Origin: Acidimicrobiales bacterium
Lineage (GTDB): Bacteria; Actinomycetota; Acidimicrobiia; Acidimicrobiales; Aldehydirespiratoraceae
Assembly: GCA_040219515.1 (NCBI GenBank)
Contig: JAVJSI010000016.1
Coordinates: forward strand, 61,390 to 125,389
Length of the DNA stretch: 64,000 bases
Direction of reading: 5' to 3'
A program made the translations under genes and the position numbers. This document shows positions 9,510-17,179 of this stretch, one piece after another. The notes below the pieces were generated by a model. It searched no databases, was not told the origin of the DNA, and was given only the letters and a program-made list of their open reading frames with translations. Position 1 is the first letter of the stretch; every line of letters begins with the position of its first letter.

Positions 9510-9562
9510 ACCACACAGCGCAACAGTCGCTGTGCAACAGCAAACCCGAGGAGGGTACTGAA

Positions 9563-11446
9563 ATGACTAGGAAGAACACAGCTCAGGAGCATCTCGAGAA
9601 GCAGCGCGACTACGTCAAGAAGCGTCAGCTCGAGAATCAGAAGAAGGCGGCTGCCAACAGCGGCTCCGCCGGGCTCGTCGACGAGAAGATGTTGGCGGAG
9701 ACCATGCGGTCCGTTCGCTACCGGGACGAAGCGCACGCAGCCGGCGACCTCATCGACAACGCGATCGAGTCCGGGGCCACACAGGTTCACCTGGCGTTCA
9801 AGACCAACGGCAACGTCATCGAGGAGGTCGCCTTCATCGACGACGGCTCCGGCATCGACGCTACGTTCCTGCCGCACGCCACCAAGTGGGGCGGCTCGTC
9901 GAACGAGGGGCAACGCAACACCTTTGGTCGGTTCGGGTTTGGGCTTTCCAGCGCCTCCGTGAACCGCGGGCGCGCCTACGACGTCATCTCCCGGACGAAC
10001 CCTGGCGGCTTCAAGAAGGTGACCGTCGACCTTGACAATCTGTCGCAGGTGGGCGGGCTCGTCGAACTCCCTGAGGTCAACGACGGAGACCTCCCGGATT
10101 GGGTGGTCGACTACATCGAACGCGGCGCTAGCGATGAGCACGAGGCCTTTGAGGGCGGCGTCGACGCCGTTCGCACCGTTGTCATCTGGCGGAAGCTGGA
10201 CCGGCTGAACTGGCACAAGCGACCCCAGGCCTCGGCGAAGTACCGCGAGCACCTTGGGATTACCTACGCGAGCTGGCTCGGAGTTATTCGCCTCGTGGTC
10301 GAGGGAGCGCGAGTCGAACCCGTCGATGTGCTGTTCACGACGCCTGGTCATCGATGGTTTGAGATTGATGACTACCCCGGAGCCGACCCGCAGACTTCGA
10401 TTGAGTTCGATGTCCCCGACGCGAACGGGCAGAAGCATCCGGTCAAGGTGCGGTTCTCGTACCTGAGCGTCCCCGCCTACAACGCGCTTGCGTTGCCGTC
10501 GGGGCGCGGCCGGCCATCCAAGGTGCGCGCGAACGTCCGGAAGAACAACAACGGGGTCTTCGTCACCAGGAATGGCCGCTTCATCGAACTCGTGAAGACG
10601 GACGTCATCTCCTGGAACAACTACATGCGCCAGGTCGGCGTTGCCCTTGACTTCCCGCCTGCCCTCGACGAGGTGTTCGGGGTGACACCGGACAAGCAGA
10701 CCATCGTCTTCAACGAGCGCGTAGAGGACCTCTTGAGGACGCACGGGGTCGTCCGGGCGATGAACTCCCTCCGCGACCAGGTTGGCGCAGAGAGAAAGCT
10801 CGACGACATCTCGGACGATGCGATTCCCGATGAGGCCGACGAGAACACTCAGCGACCCTCGGAGAAGGTCATTGCCAAGGTGGTCGAGCGCGACTTCCGG
10901 AGCGCCCGAAAGGAGAGCGATGAGGCGAGGGCCGAGGCGGCGCGGAATCTTCGACGCCGGGTCAAGGAGGCGGCCGCCGAAACCGGGCTTCCGGAGGAGG
11001 ACATCGAGGAGGCCATCGTCGCCCGGCAACAGAAGCGCCCGTACCGCGTCGAGTTCATCAACCAGACCGCGGACGAGGCCTTCTACACCCCTTACATGGA
11101 CGGCAGCCAGCTCGTAGTGCGGGTCAACACAGCGCATCCGTGGTATCGCGAGGTCTATAGCCGACTCGATGCCGGCCAGGCGGAGATTCGCTCCGGGCTC
11201 GAACTAACGCTGTTCGTGTTGGGGATGAGCGAGATTGATTCCACGGGGGAGATGCGCATCTTCTATCGGTCCGAGCGCCTCGAGTGGTCTAGGAAGCTCG
11301 CGGACGCGTTCGACCTGCACCCGCTTGTCTTCAATGAAGCGGACTCACTGGAGGACGCCCGTGAGTTCGACGAGGGCCCGTGGGTGGAAGATGAGGAAGA
11401 CGATGAGCAACCCGCCGAGAAGGGCGCCGATACGGGAGCGGGATAG
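9563..11446 (+). CDS. GHKL-superfamily ATPase (HATPase_c_3 / MORC-MutL-Hsp90-like), island cargo
   Basis: 627 aa with N-box AAGDLIDNAIESGA, G1 box FIDDGSGID and G2 box GRFGFGLSSAS. There is no His-kinase dimerisation/phosphoacceptor region. The C-terminal tail is acidic. RBS GAGGAGGG lies upstream. Confidence 0.85.
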   Translation: MTRKNTAQEHLEKQRDYVKKRQLENQKKAAANSGSAGLVDEKMLAETMRSVRYRDEAHAAGDLIDNAIESGATQVHLAFKTNGNVIEEVAFIDDGSGIDATFLPHATKWGGSSNEGQRNTFGRFGFGLSSASVNRGRAYDVISRTNPGGFKKVTVDLDNLSQVGGLVELPEVNDGDLPDWVVDYIERGASDEHEAFEGGVDAVRTVVIWRKLDRLNWHKRPQASAKYREHLGITYASWLGVIRLVVEGARVEPVDVLFTTPGHRWFEIDDYPGADPQTSIEFDVPDANGQKHPVKVRFSYLSVPAYNALALPSGRGRPSKVRANVRKNNNGVFVTRNGRFIELVKTDVISWNNYMRQVGVALDFPPALDEVFGVTPDKQTIVFNERVEDLLRTHGVVRAMNSLRDQVGAERKLDDISDDAIPDEADENTQRPSEKVIAKVVERDFRSARKESDEARAEAARNLRRRVKEAAAETGLPEEDIEEAIVARQQKRPYRVEFINQTADEAFYTPYMDGSQLVVRVNTAHPWYREVYSRLDAGQAEIRSGLELTLFVLGMSEIDSTGEMRIFYRSERLEWSRKLADAFDLHPLVFNEADSLEDAREFDEGPWVEDEEDDEQPAEKGADTGAG

Positions 11447-11497
11447 GAAGCACGAGGGCGGCCGGGGCCATAAGGGCCCCGGCCGAGAGCGTCCGAG

Positions 11498-13324
11498 GTG
11501 AACGCGATGAGCATGCCGACCAAGAAGGAGAAGAAGGCCCTCCGCCAGAGGGTGCTCGATGAACTCGCGAACGTGCGCGGCCACACGGCCCTGGCACTCG
11601 ACTCCGAGGGGACAGACGCGAAGGACCATCTGCGCATGGCTCATGGGACACAGCGACAGGAGCTCCTCGACTCGTCGACTGAGTGGCTGGTCGCCAACGA
11701 GGACCGGATGCTCGAGCAGTTCGCGAACGGTTCGGATGTCGACCCCGCGGCGATTGACCCGGTCGTGGTCCCCGTTCGGACCCAGGGGGACGCCGATACC
11801 TTTCGATTTGCAGCTCTTCAGTGGTCCGTCCCGGTGTCTCAGGGGTACGGGCGACGGAGCCGGTTCCTCGTCCGCGACCGGCAGAACGACAAGCTGCTGG
11901 CAATCTTCGCATTGGGCGACCCGGTCATCGCTCAACGCTCCCGCGAGAAGGCGATTGGTTGGACTACTGAGCAGCGCAACCTAAGGCTCTACAACGTCTA
12001 CGACGCGTTCGTCCTCGGCGCCGTCGAGCCCTACCGGCAGCTGCTCGGCGGAAAGCTCGTTGCCCTGCTGATGCTCTCAAACGAGACGCGCACCTTCCTC
12101 GCGAACAAGTACCGCGGGAACACAACCGAGATTGCTGGCCTTGTGAAGGACCCGACTCCCGCCCTCATAACGACGTCGTCGGCGCTCGGCCGCTCCTCGG
12201 TCTACAACCGCGTCACATACCGAGGGACGAAGATGCTCCATTCGGTCGGGTTCACCGAGGGCTACGGCCACTTTCAGTTCTCGGGTGACCTCTTCGAGGA
12301 GCTTCGATCGTACGCCCGCCGCGTGGCTGAGGGAGATGTCAACCAAGCGGGGCGCCATCAGTCGAATCGCTTCGGCAAGGGGCCCAACTGGCGGTTCAGG
12401 GTCATTCGGAATGCACTTGAGCTACTTGAGGTCGACGAGCAGCTGCTGCAGCACAACGTTCGACGCGAAGTCTTCTTGGCGCCGGTGGCCCACAACTGGG
12501 ATTCCTATCTCCGCGGTGATGAAGATGAACTCGACGAGTTCGACCTACCTACCGCACAACTCGCTGAGTACTACCGCGAGCGCTGGGCGGTGGGGCGAGC
12601 GGAACGCAAGCCCGCATTCCGCTTCTGGGACCGGACTGAACTGCGGCTCACGCCGCAGCTGTCGAGCCGTCCAGTCCAGTTATCGCTGGCCAGTGCGCAA
12701 GTAGCGGCCGGTCGTGTCGAACTCGGCGCGTATCACCTTCGAATCGGCGTGGGGGTCGAGGACTGCAGAGGCAAAGCCCCTTCCGGTCGTGTGCTCGATG
12801 GACGTGCCTACCTCAGCCTCCTCGAGGGGCCCGACACTGCCCTCACGCTCGCCGACATCGAGTGGGAGGACGGCCAGCGGGAAGTCGTCGGGTGGTCGGG
12901 CGGTAGCGGGAGCACCGAGGGCCTCATCCGGAGGCATCGCGTGCAGGTGTTCCCCGCGAAGCGATTCCGCGACATGGCTGCCATGGAGCTTCGGGCTGCT
13001 GTCGTGGGCCGGGACCAAGGCATCAGCATCAGGAAGACGACGAACGACCGGCTGTCTGCCCTCGTGGGATTCGATGTCGAGAAGGCCCTCGATGTCGAGT
13101 TCGGGGCGGTGACAGGAACCCGAGAGTCGCTGCTTCGAGATGACGGCTCCAGACGGGCACAGCTCTGCGCCGTCTTCCCCTCCGCGGACCGCGCAGTACC
13201 GGCACTGGTCTGGGCGTTGACTAGGCCGCTAGCCCTCTTGGGAGAGAGCATGAGCGAAGGGCTCTTGCTCGACTCGCCGATGCTTCGCAGGCGGCCGCCG
13301 TCGCTGGAGGAGTTCTCGACTTGA
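11498..13324 (+). CDS. DUF4338 (Druantia DruA)-like protein with uncharacterised C-terminal half
   Basis: 608 aa. Residues ~115-200 (GRRSRFLVRDRQNDKLLAIFALGDPVIAQRSREKAIGWTTEQRNLRLYNVYDAFVLGAVEPYRQLLGGKLVALL) follow the DUF4338 pattern as I remember it (..RYLV.D..G..L..LgF..AAW....RD..IGW..eQR...L..VvNN.RFLILP). A likelier start is the ATG at 11507, which has GAGG 8 nt upstream. The assignment is from memory, not an HMM. Confidence 0.6.
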   Translation: MNAMSMPTKKEKKALRQRVLDELANVRGHTALALDSEGTDAKDHLRMAHGTQRQELLDSSTEWLVANEDRMLEQFANGSDVDPAAIDPVVVPVRTQGDADTFRFAALQWSVPVSQGYGRRSRFLVRDRQNDKLLAIFALGDPVIAQRSREKAIGWTTEQRNLRLYNVYDAFVLGAVEPYRQLLGGKLVALLMLSNETRTFLANKYRGNTTEIAGLVKDPTPALITTSSALGRSSVYNRVTYRGTKMLHSVGFTEGYGHFQFSGDLFEELRSYARRVAEGDVNQAGRHQSNRFGKGPNWRFRVIRNALELLEVDEQLLQHNVRREVFLAPVAHNWDSYLRGDEDELDEFDLPTAQLAEYYRERWAVGRAERKPAFRFWDRTELRLTPQLSSRPVQLSLASAQVAAGRVELGAYHLRIGVGVEDCRGKAPSGRVLDGRAYLSLLEGPDTALTLADIEWEDGQREVVGWSGGSGSTEGLIRRHRVQVFPAKRFRDMAAMELRAAVVGRDQGISIRKTTNDRLSALVGFDVEKALDVEFGAVTGTRESLLRDDGSRRAQLCAVFPSADRAVPALVWALTRPLALLGESMSEGLLLDSPMLRRRPPSLEEFST

Positions 13325-13539
13325 GCCCGACGCGGAGGCCACTTTCACTCCACCTTCGACTCGCCGTGTGGAGGTCCGACGAGTACGTCTGTCAGCATTG
13401 TCGCGGAGTTGGTTCGTGGCTCTCTCTCGAGGTTGACCACATCGTCCCGATTGCGCTCGGAGGCTCAGACATGTTCGAGAACCTCCAGACTCTGTGCCGG
13501 GGATGCAACCGCCGCAAGGGTGCCCGGTTCGTCGGTTGA
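13321..13539 (+). CDS. HNH endonuclease (small, stand-alone)
   Basis: 72 aa: CQHC...EVDHIVPIALGGSDMFENLQTLCRGCNRRKG, i.e. two CxxC pairs plus the H-N-H core. The TTG start overlaps the stop of the preceding gene (TTGA), suggesting translational coupling. Confidence 0.85.
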   Translation: MSPTRRPLSLHLRLAVWRSDEYVCQHCRGVGSWLSLEVDHIVPIALGGSDMFENLQTLCRGCNRRKGARFVG

Positions 13540-13596
13540 GCTGTTTCAAGCGGTGGCGAGGGCTTCTCGGCATCGCGGAATGTCGAACAGCTCAAC
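13535..13596 (+). terminator. Long imperfect stem-loop at the HNH stop codon
   Basis: Outer arms gttgagctgtt (13535..13545) and aacagctcaac (13586..13596) are perfectly complementary. Inner pairings are gcggtg/catcgc (one G-U) and cgag/ctcg. The structure spans the HNH TGA. Confidence 0.4.
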
Positions 13597-13944
13597 AAGC
13601 CGACGATGGAGCTCTCCCGACTATTCTCCCGCGTGCTCGAGGTCCGACGTCCATCGTTAGAGCTCCTGTGGTCGCCGCGGAGCTCGTTCTCCCAGATGTC
13701 GAATGCGAGCTCGAACTGGGCACCGCGATTCGTGGGGCGGGTGACAGACGTGAGTGCCGGCATCAACTCGCGCCGAACTTTCTCGCCGAACCGGCTATCG
13801 ATGAGTACCGCCTCGAGGAAGATTCTCGCCCAATATGTAAATCGAGAGGGCCAGGGGTCTCGGAGCCCGGTGCGTCGGCTGAACTTTCGACACCCCCCCC
13901 GGGGCCCAGAGCCTTGCTTCCGCAGTTCTCCGAGCGCCTAGTGC

Positions 13945-14100
13945 TCAGGTGCGTACCGACTCGGCCGGGTGGTTCCGTATGCGGCCGAGGGCGTTCAGAG
14001 CTGCTCGTAGCGCCTCCTCGACAAGGTCCAGCTCGTCATCCGGCTGGTCGCCCTGCTCGAGTTCGTCCTCGTCGGGGTCGTACGAACTGACGCTAGGCAT
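13945..14100 (-). CDS. Possible 51-aa micro-ORF coupled to the upstream wHTH gene
   Basis: Hand translation gives MPSVSSYDPDEDELEQGDQPDDELDLVEEALRAALNALGRIRNHPAESVRT. Its ATG (14100..14098) overlaps the TGA of gene 14100..14774 (ATGA). It is below the ORF-track size cut-off. Confidence 0.3.
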   Translation of the reverse strand: MPSVSSYDPDEDELEQGDQPDDELDLVEEALRAALNALGRIRNHPAESVRT

Positions 14101-14774
14101 CAGCGGCCGCCTTGCTCGTGGGATGGCCGGGACACCTCGGTTGCCGGCCGGTTGCCAGTTGTTTGGTTATCGACTCCGTTTAAGCGCCCTCGTGCCGCGA
14201 GCAGGCCGAGTGCGTTGACTTCGCGGTCTGCGCGGCGATCGCATCCCGCGACGAATACCGGAGGCGGCGGAGGTGGTTCGAGCGATGTCGCCCGTTGGAC
14301 GCCCTGGTTACCCGAGGTTCTACTGGTTTGGTACCGCAGGGGAGCCGCTGCGGTCTTCGGCGGAACCGCTGCCGTCACCGATGGAACCGCTGAGGGGTGC
14401 GTCCCCTCGACGCGCAGCGGTTCCGGATGGGGAACCGCTAGTTGGTCGAGGATGGAGGTAGTTACGGTCAGTGAGTACTCACTGCCGCGTCGACCGCGGC
14501 CCATAGCGATGAGTTCGAGCAGGCCGACCTCTACAAGCTCCTGCAGAAGCGGAGCGATCGCTGCGGACCGAAAGCCGAGCAGCTGTTGAAGCCGGCGCCG
14601 GGAGGTGAAGACGCTCGCACCGTCTCGGTCTGCGTCGATGGCCAAGACACGCATGACTATTCCGGCTCTCGTGGTGACGACGCCCTTGAGGACCAGGCTG
14701 TTGCCATACCTGGCCCACCCGAGGGCCGTGACGCCAATCTCGCGAAGGTTGAGGCGTCGGTCGCGTTCATCCAC
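14100..14774 (-). CDS. Island winged-helix DNA-binding protein (hypothetical; MarR/Rep-like wHTH)
   Basis: 224 aa. The segment RRRLQQLLGFRSAAIAPLLQELVEVGLLELIAMGRGRRGSEYSL looks like a wHTH, and the C-terminal half is Pro/Ala-rich and low complexity. Confidence 0.55.
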   Translation of the reverse strand: MDERDRRLNLREIGVTALGWARYGNSLVLKGVVTTRAGIVMRVLAIDADRDGASVFTSRRRLQQLLGFRSAAIAPLLQELVEVGLLELIAMGRGRRGSEYSLTVTTSILDQLAVPHPEPLRVEGTHPSAVPSVTAAVPPKTAAAPLRYQTSRTSGNQGVQRATSLEPPPPPPVFVAGCDRRADREVNALGLLAARGRLNGVDNQTTGNRPATEVSRPSHEQGGR

Positions 14775-14813
14775 GGTCGCCTATGTCCGACGGTCGATTT
14801 ACGTTCGGCCTGG

Positions 14814-15056
14814 TCATGTCACACCGCCCCGCGAACTCCGCTCAGCGGACTCCAGGAGCCATTTGCGGAGAGCGGCAATGGGGTACTGGACCTTCCCGCC
14901 GAGGCGGATAGAGAGCGGGCCTCGGTCGAGTGCTCGCCACTCGTAGAGCCGGGCTCGCGGGATGCCCATCGCCGACTCCACGGTTGTCACGTCGGCCATG
15001 GTTCGGCCATCCGCCTCCAGGTCGTCCAGCCACTTCGTCAGGTTCTCGTCGGTCAT
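14814..15056 (-). CDS. xis: Excisionase-family / AlpA-like HTH DNA-binding protein
   Basis: 80 aa. TVESAMGIPRARLYEWRALDRGPLSIRLGGKVQYPIAALRKWL matches the HTH_17/excisionase pattern (..t.y.w...g..P...lG+..r....l..Wl). Confidence 0.7.
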   Translation of the reverse strand: MTDENLTKWLDDLEADGRTMADVTTVESAMGIPRARLYEWRALDRGPLSIRLGGKVQYPIAALRKWLLESAERSSRGGVT

Positions 15057-15159
15057 ATCTGCCTCAGTTCCGTGCGGTCAGGTGCTCATCCGGACGCACT
15101 CTGGCGGAATTGGGTCGACTATGCAATAGTATGCGGACCTATACCTTAGGAGGTGAGTC

Positions 15160-15807
15160 ATGGTGAATCCAGCCATCGAGGTGTCATTCGGGAATGGCGG
15201 GTGGATTTGTGCTGTGACGTCATCCCTCCCAGACCATGTGGCGTGGGTCCGGCTGGCGGACGCCGGTCATGGCTATCGGTCGGTCGAGGTCTTCGTCTTG
15301 GGTCGCGGCGGAGCACCTGTCGACGCCGACGTTCTTCGTGCGATTCCTCTGGCACGAATCGAGACAGTGGTGAACGTCAACCGCGTGGACCTCGAATCGC
15401 GGATGCAGCTCCCAGCCCCGCAACTGGCTACCGCAGCCCGGCACTACGCGACGAGTTTCGGCTCGGAGGCCGAGAGCACGTGGGTCACTGAGATGTTCGA
15501 CAGCCAGATGGAAGACTTCACGGGTCACCGGCCCAATGAGCCGCGTCTAGAGCGCAGGAGCGGGAAGCCGAAGGAGTTGGCCTTGGAGAAGGCTCGTCTC
15601 GACATCCCGCCCGGCCGGAAGCGAGGAGACAACTTCTATCGCCAAGTCGCCGACGTGTACCGATTCCTTGCACCTCGGAGTCGGGCGGTGAACAAGCTGA
15701 TTGCCGAGGCAAATGGTGTGCCCAAGACGACAGTCGACAGATGGGTGCGCGAGTGCCGAAAGCGGGGCTTCTTGCCGGCGACGCGTCAAGGCTCGGTGAC
15801 CGCATGA
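15160..15807 (+). CDS. Island hypothetical protein with C-terminal HTH
   Basis: 215 aa with strong RBS TAGGAGGTG. The C-terminus NGVPKTTVDRWVRECRKRGFL is HTH-like. It ends 31 bp upstream of the integrase. Confidence 0.55.
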   Translation: MVNPAIEVSFGNGGWICAVTSSLPDHVAWVRLADAGHGYRSVEVFVLGRGGAPVDADVLRAIPLARIETVVNVNRVDLESRMQLPAPQLATAARHYATSFGSEAESTWVTEMFDSQMEDFTGHRPNEPRLERRSGKPKELALEKARLDIPPGRKRGDNFYRQVADVYRFLAPRSRAVNKLIAEANGVPKTTVDRWVRECRKRGFLPATRQGSVTA

Positions 15808-15838
15808 CAGCATCAACCGTCAACTTGGGGGCAACGCC

Positions 15839-16978
15839 GTGGCTTCCGTGAGCGTTCACCGTGCTGCTGACCGCTGGAAGGTCCGATGGCGAGAGCCCGA
15901 TGGGAAGGAACGCGCCAAGCGCTTCGACTTGAAGCGGGACGCGTCGAGCTTCGCGACGAGAGTACGTAGAGAACTGGACGTCGGCTCGTATCAGACGCGG
16001 ACGGAGTTCGAGCTTCATGCGAAGCGCCAGCGGGAGGCAACGGTCCGTGCCGTTGCTCGCCGGTGGCTTGAACTTGAGAGCGTCCGACTGAAGCCGACGA
16101 CGGTCGTGGCCTACGAGTCGATTATTGAGGGTCACATCGAGGCTGCCTTTGGAACCACCCCGGTTTCGCAGTTGGACGCTCGAGATGTTCAGCAGTTCGT
16201 GGCTGGGCTCACGTCCGGTGGCCGCCAGCCAAGGACGGTGCGCAACGTCGTGAATGTTCTCCGACCCGTCCTCGAGCTGGCAGTGAGTGAGGGTCTGGTG
16301 GACAAGAACCCGGCGGATGGTGTTCGCCTGCCACCGCCGCGAACGACGGCCTCGGAGCGGATGGTGTTCGCGCCTGCCGAGGAACTCATTCGCCTCGCCA
16401 CCGAACTCGGTAGGACCTACTCGCCGCTGGTGCTGTTCGCTGCGTTCGTTGGTCTTCGGGCAGGCGAGCTACATGCGTTGCGCGTAGGGGACGTCGACAG
16501 CTCTAGAGGGAGGGTGACGATTAGGAGGTCGGTCGAGGAGGTGCGTGGTCGACTCGTCGAGGGCACGCCCAAGAACGGCCGGGAGAGAACCGTCGGGGTT
16601 CCACCGGAAGTGCTGGCCGCGCTGAGTCCGCGACTGCTCGAGCGCTCGTCCCGGGACCTCGTCTTCACGACAGACTCCGGTGGGCAGATTCGCCACAGCA
16701 ACTTCTACCGTCGGCATTACCGACCAGCGGTCGTGCGATGCTCGACGGCCTCGGACTTGCCGAAGGACTTCCGTTTTCATGACCTCCGGCACTCGTGCGC
16801 CGCGCTGTTAATCGCAGAAGGAGCTCACCCGAGGGCCATCATGGAGAGACTTGGACACTCTTCCATCAGCGTCACGCTGGACACGTACGGCCATCTCTTC
16901 CCGAGTATCGATGAGTCGCTGACGGCGGCGCTGGACACCACGATTCGGGCGGCCCTCGAAGGCATTGAGGCCGCGTGA
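15839..16978 (+). CDS. int: Tyrosine recombinase / phage-type integrase
   Basis: 379 aa with an N-terminal SAM-like core-binding region. The catalytic domain carries ...RAGELHALRVGDVD..., HDLRHSCAALLIAEGAHPRAIMERLGHSSISVTLDTYGHLF (R..HxxR..Y). GTG start. Confidence 0.95.
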   Translation: MASVSVHRAADRWKVRWREPDGKERAKRFDLKRDASSFATRVRRELDVGSYQTRTEFELHAKRQREATVRAVARRWLELESVRLKPTTVVAYESIIEGHIEAAFGTTPVSQLDARDVQQFVAGLTSGGRQPRTVRNVVNVLRPVLELAVSEGLVDKNPADGVRLPPPRTTASERMVFAPAEELIRLATELGRTYSPLVLFAAFVGLRAGELHALRVGDVDSSRGRVTIRRSVEEVRGRLVEGTPKNGRERTVGVPPEVLAALSPRLLERSSRDLVFTTDSGGQIRHSNFYRRHYRPAVVRCSTASDLPKDFRFHDLRHSCAALLIAEGAHPRAIMERLGHSSISVTLDTYGHLFPSIDESLTAALDTTIRAALEGIEAA

Positions 16979-17121
16979 TTGGACACCTGGTGGACACAGG
17001 CCCTCGGGGAAGGTCCGGGACCAACCGTGAACGGACGAGGTCGGGAGGCGTGGACTCCTAGCGGTTCCTCAGGTTTCGGAGCCCTTGAGTTCTGAGAATC
17101 GGCTCCCGTTTCCGAAATCGT

Positions 17122-17165
17122 TCTGGGGGACCGAAGGTCGGAGGTTCAAATCCTCTCAGCCCGAC
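17122..17165. repeat. attR: displaced ancestral 3-prime half of tRNA-Pro
   Basis: Identical 44 bp to 8513..8556. The upstream sequence does not complete a cloverleaf, so this is not a second tRNA gene. Confidence 0.9.
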
Positions 17166-17179
17166 CACCGAAGAACCTC

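Larger units (their letters stand above)
8513..17165. mobile_element. Integrative genomic island in tRNA-Pro (integrase + excisionase-like HTH + cargo cassette)
   Basis: Bounded by perfect 44-bp direct repeats, one of which is the 3-prime half of the tRNA. Contains a tyrosine integrase (15839..16978) and an Xis-like HTH (14814..15056). It is visibly more AT-rich with different codon usage than the flanks. No tra, FtsK-like or capsid genes are seen. Confidence 0.85.

Noticed and set aside
9563-13539. Calling the cassette Druantia, or Septu
   Set aside because: No DruE-type DUF1998 helicase or other Dru genes are in the island. The ATPase is a GHKL fold, not the ABC/AAA-type PtuA. It is kept as an unclassified candidate instead.
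13392-14090. ORFs 13392..13766 (-) and 13494..14090 (+) in the island convergence gap
   Set aside because: The first overlaps the HNH gene by ~150 bp, has no start before its internal Met, and its second half is Ser/Arg/Pro junk. The second is Arg/Pro/Gly-rich junk. The region is treated as non-coding.
17122-17165. Possible second tRNA-Pro gene
   Set aside because: Only the 3-prime 43 nt of the tRNA are present. The upstream sequence does not form acceptor, D or anticodon arms. It is interpreted as attR.
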